A stretch of DNA of 64,000 bases from Vicinamibacterales bacterium (GCA_038918905.1 JBCKZS010000002.1:11126-75125), one strand, 5' to 3'; positions 26,283 to 37,770 are shown, counted from the first letter of the stretch. Notes: generated by a model from the sequence alone, not told the origin. A program made the numbers and translations.

Positions 26283-27257
26283 TCAGTTCCACCGAAACGC
26301 TTTGAGCTGTTCGAGATTCAGGTTGCCGCCACTGAGAATGCAGACCACGCGCGAGCCGGGCGGGACGTTGATGAGGCCTTGCAAGAGCGCGGCGACGGGC
26401 GCGGCGGCGGCGCCTTCGGGCACGAGCTTCGCATAGTGCATCAGCCAGAGCACGGCCTCGAAGATCCGGGCATCGGGCAGCGACACGATCGCATCCACGA
26501 ACTGGCGCACGATCGCGAAGTTCCTCGTGCCGACCCGCTTCACGCGCAGGCCGTCGATGGTGCAGTCCACGTGATCGAGGGTGACGAGGTGTCCTTCGGC
26601 CACGCTGCGTTGCATCCCGGGCGCACCTGACGACTCCACACCAATCACTCGGATGTTGGGGTTGTGCGCCTTGAGCGCCATCGCCACGCCGGAGATGAGT
26701 CCGCCGCCGCCGATGGGCACGATCACGACGTCCACCTCGGGCCAGTCCTGAGCGATCTCCAGCCCCACCGTCCCCTGCCCCATGATGAGCTCGTCGTCGT
26801 CAAACGGGTGGATGTAGGTCAGGCCGTCGCGCTCGACCAGTTCCAATGCCTTCTCGTTGGCCTCGTCCCAAATCTGACCGTGCAACACGACCTCCGCGCC
26901 GTAGGCCCTGGTCGCCTCGATCTTCGAGGGCGTTGCATTCTCCGCCATCGCCACAACCGCGCGGATGCCATGAATCTTCGCCGCCAGCGCCACGCCCTGC
27001 GCGTGGTTGCCGGCCGAGGAACAGATCACGCCCCGGCGCTTCTGGTCGTCGGTGAGAAACGCAAACTTGTTGAGCGGCCCGCGGATCTTGTACGACCCGG
27101 TGCGCTGGAAGAGCTCGGCCTTGAGGCGCACCTCGCAGCCGGTCCGTTCGGACAACACACGCGATGACAGCAGCGGCGTGTGTTTGACGTGCGGCTCCAT
27201 CCGCGCGCGGGCGACCTGGAACTCCCTGATCGACGGAAAGACCGATGGCAGGACCAT
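26283..27257 (-). CDS. Threonine ammonia-lyase / serine-threonine dehydratase-like PLP enzyme (no ACT domain)
   Basis: TGSYKIRG PLP-lysine motif, SSAGNHAQGVA, and the GGGGLISG Gly loop. 324 aa. Confidence 0.8.
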   Translation of the reverse strand: MVLPSVFPSIREFQVARARMEPHVKHTPLLSSRVLSERTGCEVRLKAELFQRTGSYKIRGPLNKFAFLTDDQKRRGVICSSAGNHAQGVALAAKIHGIRAVVAMAENATPSKIEATRAYGAEVVLHGQIWDEANEKALELVERDGLTYIHPFDDDELIMGQGTVGLEIAQDWPEVDVVIVPIGGGGLISGVAMALKAHNPNIRVIGVESSGAPGMQRSVAEGHLVTLDHVDCTIDGLRVKRVGTRNFAIVRQFVDAIVSLPDARIFEAVLWLMHYAKLVPEGAAAAPVAALLQGLINVPPGSRVVCILSGGNLNLEQLKAFRWN

Positions 27258-27282
27258 GGGACTGTTGGACTTTTGGACCGGG
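27251..27282. repeat. Four tandem 8-bp units GGACNNNN (minus strand NNNNGTCC) between rplQ and the dehydratase gene
   Basis: ggaccatg ggactgtt ggactttt ggaccggg. The first unit overlaps the dehydratase start codon. Confidence 0.6.
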
Positions 27283-27304
27283 GCGAGGCAGGCCTCGCCC
27301 CTGG

Positions 27305-27892
27305 CTAGCTGCCGCCGCCGGCTTTGCGCGGCGTGTGGACGCGTTTGCCGCCCTTGGCGGTCTTGTCGACCCTGGCGCCGCCGGCGGCGTCCGGCCTGGC
27401 GCGGCCGCCGCCCAGCGCCTGACGAATCCGGCCGCCCACGGACGGCTTCTCCGGCCTGGCGGCCCCGTCCGCGGATTTGGCCGGCGTCGTCTCGGCCTTC
27501 GGATCGAACTCGCTGCCGAGCAGTTCGATCTCCGCGAGTTCGGCGCTGTCTCCGCGACGATACCCGACCCGCAGCAGACGGGTGTACCCGCCCTTGCGGT
27601 CCGCGTACCGCGGCGCGATGTCGTTGAAGAGCACCTTCACGACGCCCTTGTCGACGATGTCGACGGCGACCGCGCGACGCGCGGTCACCCCTGTGGCCGA
27701 GCCGGGCGCGTCGCCCAGGCTCCGCTTGGCGAGCGTGATCAGCCGCTCCACAAACGGACGCAGTTCCTTGCCGCGGGCCACCGTCGTGCGGATGCGGCCG
27801 TACTTGATCAGGTCGGAGGCCTGGTTCCGGAGCATGGCGATCCGATGCTCCGTGACCCGGCCGAGTTTTCGATGGGCTACTCGATGACGCAT
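27305..27892 (-). CDS. rplQ: 50S ribosomal protein L17 with long C-terminal extension
   Basis: [12 protein letters not shown]...[15 protein letters not shown] core followed by a ~69-aa Gly/Ala/Arg/Lys-rich tail. Confidence 0.95.
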   Translation of the reverse strand: MRHRVAHRKLGRVTEHRIAMLRNQASDLIKYGRIRTTVARGKELRPFVERLITLAKRSLGDAPGSATGVTARRAVAVDIVDKGVVKVLFNDIAPRYADRKGGYTRLLRVGYRRGDSAELAEIELLGSEFDPKAETTPAKSADGAARPEKPSVGGRIRQALGGGRARPDAAGGARVDKTAKGGKRVHTPRKAGGGS

Positions 27893-27916
27893 ACGTTCCG
27901 TTCCTGACTGCGCGGC

Positions 27917-28894
27917 CTACTCATCCGTCGCGGACCGATCCAGGCGCAGGCCGAGGCTCAGGCCCATCACGGTGAGGATTTCCTTGATTTCGTCGAGCGA
28001 CTTCCGCCCGAAGTTCTTCGTCTTGAGCATCTCGCCCTCGGTCTTCTGCACCAGCTCGCGAATCGTCCGGATGTTCGCGTTCTTGAGGCAGTTGTACGAC
28101 CGCACGGAGAGCTCCAGCTCCTCGACACTCTTGTCGAGGTGTTCGTTGCCCGAGATGCCGGGCTGATCGCCGGAGGCGTCAAACGCCGACTCCGACGCGT
28201 CCTCCAGACTGACGAAGATCGTGAAGTGGTCGCGGATGAGCTTCGCCGACAGCGACACGGCGTCGCGCGGCGTCACCGCCCCGTTCGACCACACTTCCAG
28301 CGTCAGTTTGTCGTAGTCGGTCGTCTGGCCGACACGCGCGGCCTCGACGACGTAGTTGACCTTCTTGACGGGCGAGTGCACCGAGTCAATGGGAATCCAC
28401 CCGATGCCGAGGTCCTCATCGAAGTTCTTGTCGGCCGAGATGTAGCCGCGCCCGCGCTTGATGCGCAGTGCCATCTCGAGCCTGCCCCCCTCGCTGACCG
28501 TCGCGATGTGGGCGTCGGGCTCAAGGATCTCGACATTGCTGTCGACCTGGATGTCCTTCGCGCGCACTTCCCCCGCTTTGGTGACATGCAGCGTCAACGT
28601 CCTGGGCTGGTCGGTGTGCACCTTGATCGGGATCTGCTTCAGATTGAGGATCAGATCCGTCGCATCCTCCACGACCCCCTGGATCGGTGAAAACTCGTGC
28701 TGCACGCCCTCGATCTTCACGGCCGTCACGGCCGCGCCTTCGATCGACGATAACAGCACCCGCCGCATGGTGTTGCCCACCGTGGTGCCGAACCCGCGCT
28801 CGAACGGCTGGGCGGTAAACCGTCCGAACCGATCCGTCAGGGTCTCGCGTTCAAACTCCAGCCGCTTGGGCCGCTGAAAACCTTTCCACAACAT
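27917..28894 (-). CDS. rpoA: DNA-directed RNA polymerase subunit alpha
   Basis: 325 aa with N-terminal assembly domain and C-terminal [22 protein letters not shown]. Confidence 0.97.
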   Translation of the reverse strand: MLWKGFQRPKRLEFERETLTDRFGRFTAQPFERGFGTTVGNTMRRVLLSSIEGAAVTAVKIEGVQHEFSPIQGVVEDATDLILNLKQIPIKVHTDQPRTLTLHVTKAGEVRAKDIQVDSNVEILEPDAHIATVSEGGRLEMALRIKRGRGYISADKNFDEDLGIGWIPIDSVHSPVKKVNYVVEAARVGQTTDYDKLTLEVWSNGAVTPRDAVSLSAKLIRDHFTIFVSLEDASESAFDASGDQPGISGNEHLDKSVEELELSVRSYNCLKNANIRTIRELVQKTEGEMLKTKNFGRKSLDEIKEILTVMGLSLGLRLDRSATDE

Positions 28895-29011
28895 TGCGTA
28901 GTCCTTTCGCCAACGAGCCGGCCATCCGGCCTCCAGACCTGCGTGTGATGCCGCCGACCTCCCGCCGCGGGTCTGAAGAGCTGCGGGCCGGCGACTGGCG
29001 CGTGTGCGCTA

Positions 29012-29641
29012 CTACTTCGAATACAACTCGACTATCAACTTCTCCTGCACCGGCAGGTTGATCTGCTCGCGCGTCGGCAGGGACGAAATCCGCGCCGACA
29101 CGCCCGACGTTTCGAGGCTCAGCCACTCGGGAATGCCCCGGCCCCTGACCTCTTCCATCGCGTGTTTGATGGTCGCGTTCTCCACGCTGCCCGCGCGCAC
29201 CGCGATCGTGTCGCCCTGGCGCACGGCGTACGACGGGATGTCGACCTTCATGCCGTTCACCGTGAAGTGCCCGTGGCGCACCAGTTGGCGCGCCTGCGAC
29301 CGCGACGTCGAGAACCCGATGCGGTACACGACGTTGTCGAGGCGCCGTTCCAGCGACTGCAGCAGCAGTTCGCCGGTGACGCCCTTCTGCCGATCCGCGG
29401 CCTCGAAGTAGCGGCGGAACTGGTTTTCCAGCACGCCGTACGTGCGCTTGACCTTCTGCTTCTCGCGCAACTGGATGCCGTAGCCGGCCACCTTGGCGCG
29501 CCGCGACCGCGCGTGCTGCCCGGGGGGAGTGTTGCGCTTTTCGATCGCGCACTTCTCCGTGTAGCAGCGCTCGCCCTTGAGGAAGAGCTTCATGCCTTCG
29601 CGCCGGCACAACCGGCAGACCGGACCGATGTATCTCGCCAT
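29012..29641 (-). CDS. rpsD: 30S ribosomal protein S4
   Basis: [29 protein letters not shown] at 29641. Confidence 0.95.
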   Translation of the reverse strand: MARYIGPVCRLCRREGMKLFLKGERCYTEKCAIEKRNTPPGQHARSRRAKVAGYGIQLREKQKVKRTYGVLENQFRRYFEAADRQKGVTGELLLQSLERRLDNVVYRIGFSTSRSQARQLVRHGHFTVNGMKVDIPSYAVRQGDTIAVRAGSVENATIKHAMEEVRGRGIPEWLSLETSGVSARISSLPTREQINLPVQEKLIVELYSK

Positions 29642-29666
29642 ATCCCTGGTATCCTTCGTTTCTGAA

Positions 29667-30119
29667 CTACACGCGCCGGCGCTTCGACGGCCGGCAGCCG
29701 TTGTGCGGAATCGGCGTGACATCGCGGATCGACTTCACGTCGATGCCCACCGTCTGCAGCGCGCGGATCGCCGACTCGCGCCCGGCGCCCGGGCCCTTCA
29801 CGCGCACTTCCAGCGACCGCAGCCCGAACGTCTTGGCGACGTTGCCGGCGGCCATGGCCGCCTGCGTCGCCGCGAACGGCGTGCCCTTGCGCGATCCCTT
29901 GAAGCCGATGCCGCCGGCGCTCGACCAGGAAATCACGTTGCCTTCGGTGTCGGTGATCGTGATGACCGTGTTGTTGAAGGACGCCTGGATGTGGGCGAAC
30001 CCGTGGTGCACCACGCGTTTCTCGCCGCGTTTTTTGAACGCCTTCCTGGGTTTGCCGGCCTTGCCCGACTTGCCTTTGGGGGTCTCGGGGGTGGCGGCGT
30101 CTGCCTGCGTCTTGGCCAT
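29667..30119 (-). CDS. rpsK: 30S ribosomal protein S11 (Lys-rich N-terminal extension)
   Basis: ...[15 protein letters not shown]...[13 protein letters not shown]...[14 protein letters not shown]. Confidence 0.95.
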   Translation of the reverse strand: MAKTQADAATPETPKGKSGKAGKPRKAFKKRGEKRVVHHGFAHIQASFNNTVITITDTEGNVISWSSAGGIGFKGSRKGTPFAATQAAMAAGNVAKTFGLRSLEVRVKGPGAGRESAIRALQTVGIDVKSIRDVTPIPHNGCRPSKRRRV

Positions 30120-30122
30120 CTG

Positions 30123-30497
30123 CTACTCCGTCTTCTTTCTGGCAACCGCGCCCTTGCGCGGACCTTTGCGCGTCCGTGAATTCGTGCGCGTCCGCTGGCC
30201 GCGCGTCGGCAGATTCCGCCGATGCCGCGCGCCGCGATAACTGCCGATCTCCACCAGCCGCTTGATGTTCATCGAGATTTCCTTGCGCAGGTCGCCCTCG
30301 ACGCGGCCCTGCTCCTCGATGACCAGGGTAATCTTCCGGACGTCGTCTTCCGACAGGTCCTTCACCCGGATGTCGTCACTCACCTCCGCCGCGGTGCAGA
30401 TCCCCTGCGCGCGCGTCCGGCCGATGCCGTAGATGTACGTGAGTCCAATGCCAATCCGCTTCGTGTGCGGAAGATCGACGCCTGAAATTCGTGCCAT
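30123..30497 (-). CDS. rpsM: 30S ribosomal protein S13
   Basis: [10 protein letters not shown]...[21 protein letters not shown]. Confidence 0.95.
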   Translation of the reverse strand: MARISGVDLPHTKRIGIGLTYIYGIGRTRAQGICTAAEVSDDIRVKDLSEDDVRKITLVIEEQGRVEGDLRKEISMNIKRLVEIGSYRGARHRRNLPTRGQRTRTNSRTRKGPRKGAVARKKTE

Positions 30498-30501
30498 GTC
30501 G

Positions 30502-30615
30502 TTATCCCTGACGCTGCTTGTGTTTCTGATTCGGGCAGATCACGCGCACGACACCATGCCGGCGCACCACCTTGCACTTGACACACATTCGTTTGACCGA
30601 TGCTCGCACTTTCAT
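30502..30615 (-). CDS. rpmJ: 50S ribosomal protein L36
   Basis: Hand-translated 37 aa: [37 protein letters not shown]. Below the ORF-track length cutoff. Confidence 0.95.
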   Translation of the reverse strand: MKVRASVKRMCVKCKVVRRHGVVRVICPNQKHKQRQG

Positions 30616-30654
30616 CGCTTGTTCCTCACCTGCCGGGCCCGGCCCCCCACACGC

Positions 30655-30861
30655 TTACCTGGCCGGCAACCGCCGGACGACCCGTCCGCGGCCCACATCG
30701 CGCGGCGCCAACTCCACCGCCACGCGATCCCCGACCATCAGGCGAATGAAGTTGATTCGTGGTCCGGCCGCCGCATGCGCCTGGACCTGCCGTCCCCCGT
30801 CAATCGCCACCCGATACAACGCCCGCGGCAACACCGCCAGCACCGTCCCTGCCACGGCCAC
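30655..30861 (-). CDS. infA: Translation initiation factor IF-1 (divergent)
   Basis: S1-like pattern GTVLAVLPRALYRV...AH..G.RINFIRLMVGDRVAVELAP.D.GRGRVVRR. GTG at 30861 lies just after the map stop. An upstream in-frame GTG at 30897 would overlap map by 35 nt. Confidence 0.75.
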   Translation of the reverse strand: MAVAGTVLAVLPRALYRVAIDGGRQVQAHAAAGPRINFIRLMVGDRVAVELAPRDVGRGRVVRRLPAR

Positions 30862-30862
30862 G

Positions 30863-31642
30863 TCAGCGCGCCGCCCCCGCGCCCGCCGGCTGCTCACGCG
30901 ACGTCAGCACCAGCGGGCCGTCGGCGCCCACCGCCACCGTGTGCTCGAAGTGCGCCGCGAGGCTGCCGTCCTTGGTCACCGCGGTCCACCCGTCGCGCAA
31001 CACCTTCACCTCGGGCCGGCCCATCGCCACCATCGGCTCGATCGCCAGCACCATGCCTTCCGCCAGCTTGGCCCCGCGCCCCGGTTGCCCGTAGTTCGGA
31101 ATCTGCGGCTCCTCGTGCAACGCCTGCCCGATGCCGTGTCCCACGAACTCCCGCACCACCGAAAAGCCGTGCGCCTCGACCCACTGTTGCACCGCGTGCC
31201 CGATATCGGACACGCGCCCGCCCACTTTCACCTGGCCGATGGCCCGCTCGAGCGCCTCGCGCGTCACCGTCAGCAACTCCTGCGTCCGCGCCGACACCCG
31301 GCCCACCGGCACCGTCACGGCCGAATCGCCAAAAAACCCGTTGAGCTTCGCGCCGATATCGATCGACACGATGTCGCCCTCGACCAGCGGCCGCACCCGC
31401 GAGGGAATCCCGTGCACCACTTCCGCGTTCACCGACGCGCACACGGTCGCCGGATACCCGCGATATCCCTTGAAGGCCGACACCGCCCCACCCTCGCGCA
31501 CCAGCCGTTCGGCCAGCGCGTCCAAATCCGCCGTCGTCACCCCAGGCGCCACCGTGGCTTCCAGTTCGGTCAACACCTGGGCCACCAGCCGGTTGGCCGC
31601 GCGCATCCGCGCGATCTCCGACACCGACCGGCAGATAATCAC
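30863..31642 (-). CDS. map: Type I methionine aminopeptidase
   Basis: ...VCASVNAEVVHGIP...DIVSIDIGA...VREFVGHGIG...LAIEPM.... GTG at 31642 forms a GTGA overlap with the adk stop. Confidence 0.9.
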   Translation of the reverse strand: MIICRSVSEIARMRAANRLVAQVLTELEATVAPGVTTADLDALAERLVREGGAVSAFKGYRGYPATVCASVNAEVVHGIPSRVRPLVEGDIVSIDIGAKLNGFFGDSAVTVPVGRVSARTQELLTVTREALERAIGQVKVGGRVSDIGHAVQQWVEAHGFSVVREFVGHGIGQALHEEPQIPNYGQPGRGAKLAEGMVLAIEPMVAMGRPEVKVLRDGWTAVTKDGSLAAHFEHTVAVGADGPLVLTSREQPAGAGAAR

Positions 31643-32301
31643 CGCCGCCCTCCGAGCACCGACGCCACCGCCGCGGCCAGATCCGCCGCCACGCTGGCTT
31701 CGGTCTGGTCGCCATCCACCGACCGGAACGTGTCCCGGCGCTGGTAGAAGTCGACGATCGGCTGCGTGCTCCGCGCGTAGACCGCCAGCCGTTCGCGCAC
31801 CACCACCTCGTTGTCGTCGGTGCGCTTCACCAGCGCCCCCCCGCACTTCGGGCAGACCGCCGCTCCAGGAGGCGCCCCAACGCCACACGATCCGCAGATC
31901 CGCCGGATCTGCAACCGTTTCACCAGCGTCTCTTCCGGCACCTCGATATCCACAATCACCAGCGGCGCCACGTCGTCAATCAAGGTATCGAGCGCCTGCG
32001 CCTGCGCGACCGTCCGCGGAAACCCTTCGAGCACAACCCCGGCGTCCGTGTCGGGCCGGCTCAGCCGTTCCCGCACGATGGCGATCATGATGTCGTCGCC
32101 CACCAGGCGCCCGGCGTCCATGACCTCGCGCGCCGCCCGTCCCGTCTCGGTGCCCGTCTGCACGGCCTCGCGGAGGATGTCCCCGGTCGAAATCCGCGGA
32201 ATCCCGTGCGCCCGCGCGAACCGATCCGCCTGGGTGCCTTTGCCGGCGCCCGGCGGCCCCAGCACCACGAGCCGTACCGCAACTTTGCTGCCGAGGGTCA
32301 C
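31639..32301 (-). CDS. adk: Adenylate kinase (Cys4 zinc LID)
   Basis: GPPGAGKGTQA with LID CGSCG...CPKCG. GTG start at 32301 overlaps the secY stop. Confidence 0.9.
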   Translation of the reverse strand: MTLGSKVAVRLVVLGPPGAGKGTQADRFARAHGIPRISTGDILREAVQTGTETGRAAREVMDAGRLVGDDIMIAIVRERLSRPDTDAGVVLEGFPRTVAQAQALDTLIDDVAPLVIVDIEVPEETLVKRLQIRRICGSCGVGAPPGAAVCPKCGGALVKRTDDNEVVVRERLAVYARSTQPIVDFYQRRDTFRSVDGDQTEASVAADLAAAVASVLGGRR

Positions 32302-33683
32302 CCTCGCCGGCCTCGAATCCGGGTCTTCTTCATGAAGCCGTCATAGTGCCTCATGATGAGCTGGGATTCCACCTGCTGCACCGTGTCCATCGCTACACCG
32401 ACGATGATGAGCAGCGACGTGCCGCCAAAATAAAACTGCACGTTCATGCCATCGGTGATCCAGCTCGGCAACACCGCGTCGAGCCGCTCGCCGATGAACG
32501 GAATCGGCTCCACCTTGAATCCCATCAGCAGGAACTCCGGCAGGAGCGCCACCATCGCCAGGTAGATGGCGCCGGCCAGCGTGATGCGGGCCAGGATGGT
32601 GTCGATGTACTCCGCCGTCCGCTTGCCTGGGCGGATACCCGGCACAAACCCGCCGTACTTGCGCATGTTCTCGGCCACGTCATCCGGATTGAAGATGATC
32701 GCGGTGTAGAAGTACGCGAAGAAGATAATCATCGTCACGTACAGCAGGTTGTAGAGGGGATACCCCATCGACAAGTTCATGACGATCGTCTGGGCGAGGC
32801 CGTTCTGCGGGAACATCGGCGCGATCGTGGCCGGGAATGCCAGAATCGACGACGCGAAGATCACCGGCATGACGCCGCCCGTGTTCACCTTCAGCGGGAT
32901 GTGCGTGCTGGCGCCGCCGTACATCCGCCGCCCCACCATCCGCCGCGCGTACTGCACGGTGACCTTGCGGTGGCCGCGCTCCACGAACACGATCGCCGCC
33001 ACGACGACCACCATGAACGCGATCAACGCGATCAGCCGGAACAGGTCCATTTCTCCGGTCTGGAACTGCAGCAACGTGGCGGCCACCGCGGTGGGCAGCC
33101 CGACGACGATGCCGGCGAAGATCAGGAGCGACATGCCGTTGCCGATGCCGCGCTCGGTGATCTGCTCGCCGAGCCACATCACAAACACCGACCCGGTGGT
33201 GAGGGTCATGACCGTCATCAGCCGGAAGCCCCAGCCGGGGTTGAACACCAGCGGCAGGCCGCCGGAGATGTTCGTGTTGCTCTCGAGGAAGAACGCAATG
33301 CCCATCGCCTGCACGATGCTGAGGCCGATCGTGCCGTAGCGCGTGTACTGGGTGATTTTCTTCCGGCCCAGGTCGCCTTCCTTGGAGAGGCGCTCGAGGT
33401 ACGGCCAGACCACCGTCAACAGTTGCAGGATAATCGACGCGCTGATGTACGGCATGATGCCGAGCGCGAAGATCGTCATCTGCGACAGATTTTGCCCCGA
33501 GAACATGTCGTAGAGGCCGAACATCGTGCCCGCCGCGCGCTCGGCCAGTTCGGCGAGCGCGGCCGTGTTCACACCAGGGGTCGGAATCTTGCTCCCGAGA
33601 CGGTAGACCGCCAGCAAGCCAAAGGTGAAGAGCACCCGCTTGCGCAGTTCCGGGACGGCGAAGATGTTCTTGATGCTCTCCAT
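32298..33683 (-). CDS. secY: Preprotein translocase subunit SecY
   Basis: 461 aa, 10 TM, canonical position after rplO. Confidence 0.97.
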   Translation of the reverse strand: MESIKNIFAVPELRKRVLFTFGLLAVYRLGSKIPTPGVNTAALAELAERAAGTMFGLYDMFSGQNLSQMTIFALGIMPYISASIILQLLTVVWPYLERLSKEGDLGRKKITQYTRYGTIGLSIVQAMGIAFFLESNTNISGGLPLVFNPGWGFRLMTVMTLTTGSVFVMWLGEQITERGIGNGMSLLIFAGIVVGLPTAVAATLLQFQTGEMDLFRLIALIAFMVVVVAAIVFVERGHRKVTVQYARRMVGRRMYGGASTHIPLKVNTGGVMPVIFASSILAFPATIAPMFPQNGLAQTIVMNLSMGYPLYNLLYVTMIIFFAYFYTAIIFNPDDVAENMRKYGGFVPGIRPGKRTAEYIDTILARITLAGAIYLAMVALLPEFLLMGFKVEPIPFIGERLDAVLPSWITDGMNVQFYFGGTSLLIIVGVAMDTVQQVESQLIMRHYDGFMKKTRIRGRRG

Positions 33684-33686
33684 GGG

Positions 33687-34136
33687 TCAGCCGGCGATCA
33701 CTTCGGCGACCCCGCCCGCCGCGGCGATCTTCTCCGCCGCCGTGGCGCTGAACTTGTGCGCGCGCACGGTCAGCTTCTTGGTGACCTCGCCGCGCCCCAG
33801 CACCTTGATGAGGGCACGCGCGTCCCGCACGAGCTTCCGCTCGCGGAGCAGTTCCGGCGTCACATCCGACCCGGCGTCGAACACCTCGACCAGCGTGTCG
33901 AGGTTCACGACGGCGTACTCGACGCGGAACGGATTCGTGAATCCGCGCTTGGGCAGCCGGCGGTGCAGCGGCATCTGTCCGCCTTCGAACCCGCGCTTGA
34001 AGCGGAAGCCCGACCGTGACTGCGCGCCCTTGTGGCCGCGGCCGGCGGTCTTGCCGTGGCCCGAGCCCGGCCCGCGCCCGACGCGGCGTTTCTTGTGTGT
34101 GGCGCCCCTGGGCGGCCGCAGATTGTTCATTGACAT
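33687..34136 (-). CDS. rplO: 50S ribosomal protein L15
   Basis: [37 protein letters not shown]. Confidence 0.95.
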   Translation of the reverse strand: MSMNNLRPPRGATHKKRRVGRGPGSGHGKTAGRGHKGAQSRSGFRFKRGFEGGQMPLHRRLPKRGFTNPFRVEYAVVNLDTLVEVFDAGSDVTPELLRERKLVRDARALIKVLGRGEVTKKLTVRAHKFSATAAEKIAAAGGVAEVIAG

Positions 34137-34139
34137 GGT

Positions 34140-34316
34140 CTAGTCCCCCACCTTCACGAGATGCCGCACCTTGAGCAACATCCCGCGAATCGCCTGTGTG
34201 TCTTCCACGTCCACCGTGTGCCGGATCCGACGGAGGCCGAGCGACCGCAACACGGTCGCCTGATTTCTGTTGAACCCGATCGCGCTCCTGAGCTGCGTGA
34301 CCTTTAACCGCGCCAT
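34140..34316 (-). CDS. rpmD: 50S ribosomal protein L30
   Basis: [34 protein letters not shown] at 34316 (the ORF track starts at GTG 34322). Confidence 0.9.
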   Translation of the reverse strand: MARLKVTQLRSAIGFNRNQATVLRSLGLRRIRHTVDVEDTQAIRGMLLKVRHLVKVGD

Positions 34317-34318
34317 CC

Positions 34319-34831
34319 TCACGCCCCCACCAGTTCTTCCACGTCTTTGCCGCGCAGACGCGCGACGGTCGCCGGATCCTTCAGCCGCGTCAGCGCGTCG
34401 AAGGTGGCCCGCACCACGTTGTGGTGATTGGCCGAGCCCAGCGACTTGGTCATCACGTTGTGAATCCCGGCCGACTCCACCACCGCGCGGACCGCGCCGC
34501 CGGCGATGATGCCCGTGCCATCGGGCGCGGGCTTGAGCAGCACCGACCCGGCGCCGAACTGGCCCAGCACCGGGTGCGGAATCGACGTGCCCGACATCGG
34601 CACGCGAATCAGCGCCTTTTTGGCCGCCTCGATCGCCTTCTTGATGGCCGACGGCACTTCCTTGGCCTTGCCGAGGCCGAAGCCCACCACACCGGCGCCG
34701 TCTCCGACGACCACCAGCGCGCTGAAACTCATGTTCTTGCCGCCCTTGACGACCTTCGTGACGCGGCCGATGTGCACGACCGTGTCCTTCAGATCCATCT
34801 GGGAGGCGTCAATCTTTTCGCGAAAATCCAT
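34319..34831 (-). CDS. rpsE: 30S ribosomal protein S5
   Basis: ...[22 protein letters not shown]... Confidence 0.95.
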   Translation of the reverse strand: MDFREKIDASQMDLKDTVVHIGRVTKVVKGGKNMSFSALVVVGDGAGVVGFGLGKAKEVPSAIKKAIEAAKKALIRVPMSGTSIPHPVLGQFGAGSVLLKPAPDGTGIIAGGAVRAVVESAGIHNVMTKSLGSANHHNVVRATFDALTRLKDPATVARLRGKDVEELVGA

Positions 34832-34851
34832 GTGTGTGCTCCGGCCCCGTC

Positions 34852-35226
34852 CTAAAACTCAAGCCCGGCCGCGCGCGCCGCTTCGGCGACCGCCCGGACC
34901 CGGCCGTGGTAGAGATACCCGCCGCGATCGAACACCACCCGTGTGATGCCCTTGTTCTTCAACCGCTCCGCGATCACCTGGCCCAGCACCTCGGCGCCGG
35001 CCTTGTTGCCGCCCCGCACGTCGCCGGTGAACATCGGCTTGAGCGCCGCTTCCGTGCTCGAGGCCGTGGCCACGGTCGCGCGCGCCAGGTCGTCGAACAC
35101 CTGCGCGTAGATGTGCGTCATGGACCGGAAGATCGCCAGACGCGGCCGTTCCGCCGTGCCGGTAATGCGCTTGCGTTGCCGCAGCCGAATGCGTTTGCGA
35201 CGGTCTCGTTTGGTTCGAATCTTCAT
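34852..35226 (-). CDS. rplR: 50S ribosomal protein L18
   Basis: ...[17 protein letters not shown]...[20 protein letters not shown]. Confidence 0.95.
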   Translation of the reverse strand: MKIRTKRDRRKRIRLRQRKRITGTAERPRLAIFRSMTHIYAQVFDDLARATVATASSTEAALKPMFTGDVRGGNKAGAEVLGQVIAERLKNKGITRVVFDRGGYLYHGRVRAVAEAARAAGLEF

Positions 35227-35230
35227 GGCG

Positions 35231-35767
35231 TCATGCCCCGGTCTTTCCGACTTTTTTCTTCAACACTTCACCCATGTAGCGGACACCCTTCTGCTTGTAG
35301 GGGTCCGGCTTGCGCAGGCGGCGAATGTTGGCGGCCACCTGGCCCACCAACTGACAATCCACGCCGGTCACCGTGATGTGGGTCTGCTTGTCGATCGCCA
35401 CAGCGATGCCCTTCGGAATGTCGAACACCACCGGGTGTGAATACCCCAGCGCGAAGATCACCTGCGAGCCCTTCAGCTCCGCGCGGTAGCCGACGCCGAC
35501 GATGTCGAGTTCACGTTTGAAGCCGTCGCTCACGCCCACGACCGCGTTCGCCATGAGGCTGCGGGCCAGGCCGTGAAACTTGCCGAGGGCCTTGTCCCCG
35601 CTCACGGGCGTCGCCACCAGTTCGGCGCCCTTCAGCTCGAACGTGATGCCGGGCGGCACGAGCTGCTTCAGCGTGCCTTTCGGCCCCTTCACTTCCACGG
35701 TGTCCTGGCCCACGGTGATCGTGACGCCCGTGGGGACCGGAATCGGTTTCTTGCCAATTCGAGACAT
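35231..35767 (-). CDS. rplF: 50S ribosomal protein L6
   Basis: [17 protein letters not shown]... with ATG at 35767. Confidence 0.95.
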   Translation of the reverse strand: MSRIGKKPIPVPTGVTITVGQDTVEVKGPKGTLKQLVPPGITFELKGAELVATPVSGDKALGKFHGLARSLMANAVVGVSDGFKRELDIVGVGYRAELKGSQVIFALGYSHPVVFDIPKGIAVAIDKQTHITVTGVDCQLVGQVAANIRRLRKPDPYKQKGVRYMGEVLKKKVGKTGA

Positions 35768-35775
35768 ATGCATTC

Positions 35776-36186
35776 TCACCAGATGTTGCAGAGCACTTCG
35801 CCGCCGACGCCGGCCTTCACCGCATCGCGCCCCGTCATCACGCCGTGCGACGTGGTCAGGATGCTGGTGCCCAGGCCGCCCAGCACTTTCGGGACATCGT
35901 TGCGGCCGAAGTAGACGCGGCGTCCTGGACGGCTCACGCGGGAAATGCCCGTGATGACCTGTTCGCCCCGCGGTCCGTACTTGAGGAAGAGCCGAATCAC
36001 GCCGGTGGTCTCGGCGGCGATCTCCTTGCCGGGGTCGATCATCCTGTACCCCTGGATGTAGCCTTCGCGCTCGAGAATGCGCGCGATCTCGGCCTTCAGG
36101 CGGGACGTCGGCACATCCACGCGCGCGTGGCGCGCGTGCACCGCGTTCCGGAGTCTGGTCAGCATGTCTGCGATGGGATCGGTCAT
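35776..36186 (-). CDS. rpsH: 30S ribosomal protein S8
   Basis: [15 protein letters not shown]...GGEVLCNIW. Confidence 0.95.
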   Translation of the reverse strand: MTDPIADMLTRLRNAVHARHARVDVPTSRLKAEIARILEREGYIQGYRMIDPGKEIAAETTGVIRLFLKYGPRGEQVITGISRVSRPGRRVYFGRNDVPKVLGGLGTSILTTSHGVMTGRDAVKAGVGGEVLCNIW

Positions 36187-36243
36187 AGTTCAGCTCTCAG
36201 CTCTTTCCGGTCTATCAATCTCCTGGCACTCTCGTGGCGCCCG

Positions 36244-36429
36244 CTACCAACTGCTCTTGATGACGCCGGCGACTTCGCCGCGCAACGCCAGCTCACGGAA
36301 ACAGAGGCGGCACAGGGCGAACTTGCGCATGTAGGCGCGGGGGCGGCCGCATTTCCGGCACCGGTTCCGGGCACGCACGCCAAACTTCAGCCCGCGGGAG
36401 TCCTTGACGGTTTTTGCAGTAGTGGCCAT
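36244..36429 (-). CDS. rpsN: 30S ribosomal protein S14, zinc-binding type Z (61 aa)
   Basis: MATTAKTVK...[38 protein letters not shown]. Confidence 0.93.
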   Translation of the reverse strand: MATTAKTVKDSRGLKFGVRARNRCRKCGRPRAYMRKFALCRLCFRELALRGEVAGVIKSSW

Positions 36430-36457
36430 TCGTGTCGTCCTCACTGATTCGGGCTGA

Positions 36458-37006
36458 CTAGTTCTGGTGCTGGCGGAACGGCATCCCAATCAACTGGAGC
36501 AGCCGTTGCGCCTCTTCATTGGTCCGGGCCGTCGTGACGACCGAGATGTTCATGCCGCGCGCCTTGTCCACCTTCATGTAATCGATCTCGGGGAACAGGA
36601 GCTGGTCGCGCAGGCCCAGGGTGTAGTTGCCCCGGCCGTCGAATCCGCGCGGCGAAATGCCGCGGAAGTCGCGCACGCGCGGCAACGCCACCGCAATCAA
36701 CCGGTCGAGGAAGTCGTACATCCGCTGCCCGCGCAGGGTCACCATCGCGCCAATCGGCATGTTCTCGCGCAGCTTGAACTGGGCGATCGACTTCTTCGCG
36801 CGCGTGATCGCGGCCTTCTGGCCGGTGATCCTGCCGAGTTCCTCGGCGCCCGTGTCGACAATCTTGGCGTTCTGGGTGCCTTCCCCCAGGCCCATGTTGA
36901 CCACAATCTTCGTAATCCTGGGCACGGCCATCACATTCGCGTAGCCGAACTCCTTCGTCAACGCCGGCACGACATCCTTGACGTATCGATCCTTCAGGCG
37001 GCTCAT
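36458..37006 (-). CDS. rplE: 50S ribosomal protein L5
   Basis: [20 protein letters not shown].... ATGA overlap with the rplX stop. Confidence 0.95.
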   Translation of the reverse strand: MSRLKDRYVKDVVPALTKEFGYANVMAVPRITKIVVNMGLGEGTQNAKIVDTGAEELGRITGQKAAITRAKKSIAQFKLRENMPIGAMVTLRGQRMYDFLDRLIAVALPRVRDFRGISPRGFDGRGNYTLGLRDQLLFPEIDYMKVDKARGMNISVVTTARTNEEAQRLLQLIGMPFRQHQN

Positions 37007-37335
37007 TTGTCCACCACTCCCTTGCACTTCCGGCAGATCCGGACCTTGCGGCCGTCTTCCAGCACGTGATAGCCGATGCGGGTCGCCGCGCCGCACTGCG
37101 GGCACACCAGTTGCACCTTCGACGCATACAGCGCCGACTCCCGTTCGACGATCCCGCCCTTGACACCCTTCTGCGGGTTCGGCTTGGTGTGACGTTTGAC
37201 GATGTTCACGCCCTCCACCAGCACCCGGTTCTTCGCGGGCTCCACTCGCAACACGCGGCCCTTCTTGCCGCGGTCGCGTCCGGTAATCACCAGGACCTGG
37301 TCGTTCTTCCTGAGGGGCGACTGCAACCCCGCCAT
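37003..37335 (-). CDS. rplX: 50S ribosomal protein L24
   Basis: ...[22 protein letters not shown].... Carries a CPQCG...CRKC insert. Confidence 0.95.
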   Translation of the reverse strand: MAGLQSPLRKNDQVLVITGRDRGKKGRVLRVEPAKNRVLVEGVNIVKRHTKPNPQKGVKGGIVERESALYASKVQLVCPQCGAATRIGYHVLEDGRKVRICRKCKGVVDK

Positions 37336-37703
37336 TACAGCACCTCCGGCGCCAGCGAAATGATCTTCATGAAGCGCCGCTCGCGCAGTTCGCGCGCCAC
37401 GGGGCCGAACACGCGGGTGCCCACCGGCTCTCCCTCGTTGTTCACAATCACGGCGGCGTTCCGGTCGAAGCGGATGTACGACCCGTCGCGCCGGCGCAGT
37501 TCCTTCCGCGTCCGCACGATCACGGCCCTGACCACCTGGCCCTTCTTGACCGTCGCGTCCGGCGTCGCCTCCTTCACCGAGGCGGTGACGATGTCGCCAA
37601 TCCGCGCGTACCGGCCCGTGGAGCCGCCGATCGGATTGATGACGGCGATCTTGCGCGCGCCCGAGTTGTCGGCCACGTCGAGAATCGATCGCATCTGAAT
37701 CAT
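37335..37703 (-). CDS. rplN: 50S ribosomal protein L14
   Basis: [18 protein letters not shown]... Confidence 0.97.
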   Translation of the reverse strand: MIQMRSILDVADNSGARKIAVINPIGGSTGRYARIGDIVTASVKEATPDATVKKGQVVRAVIVRTRKELRRRDGSYIRFDRNAAVIVNNEGEPVGTRVFGPVARELRERRFMKIISLAPEVL

Positions 37704-37770
37704 GGGTCGTGTCTCCTGATCTTCCCTGCTTGCCCTGGTGCCTGCCTGCTGGTCTGCCGCCGCGCGCGGC

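Noticed and set aside
25801-26292. Six overlapping ORFs (both strands) encoding APEHRSTR / GAPVLGCS-type repeats
   Set aside because: They are read-through of the 8-bp tandem array. A period of 8 forces a frame change every unit, which gives a 24-bp super-period. All six frames are open and the 'proteins' are pure repeat, so they are not coding.
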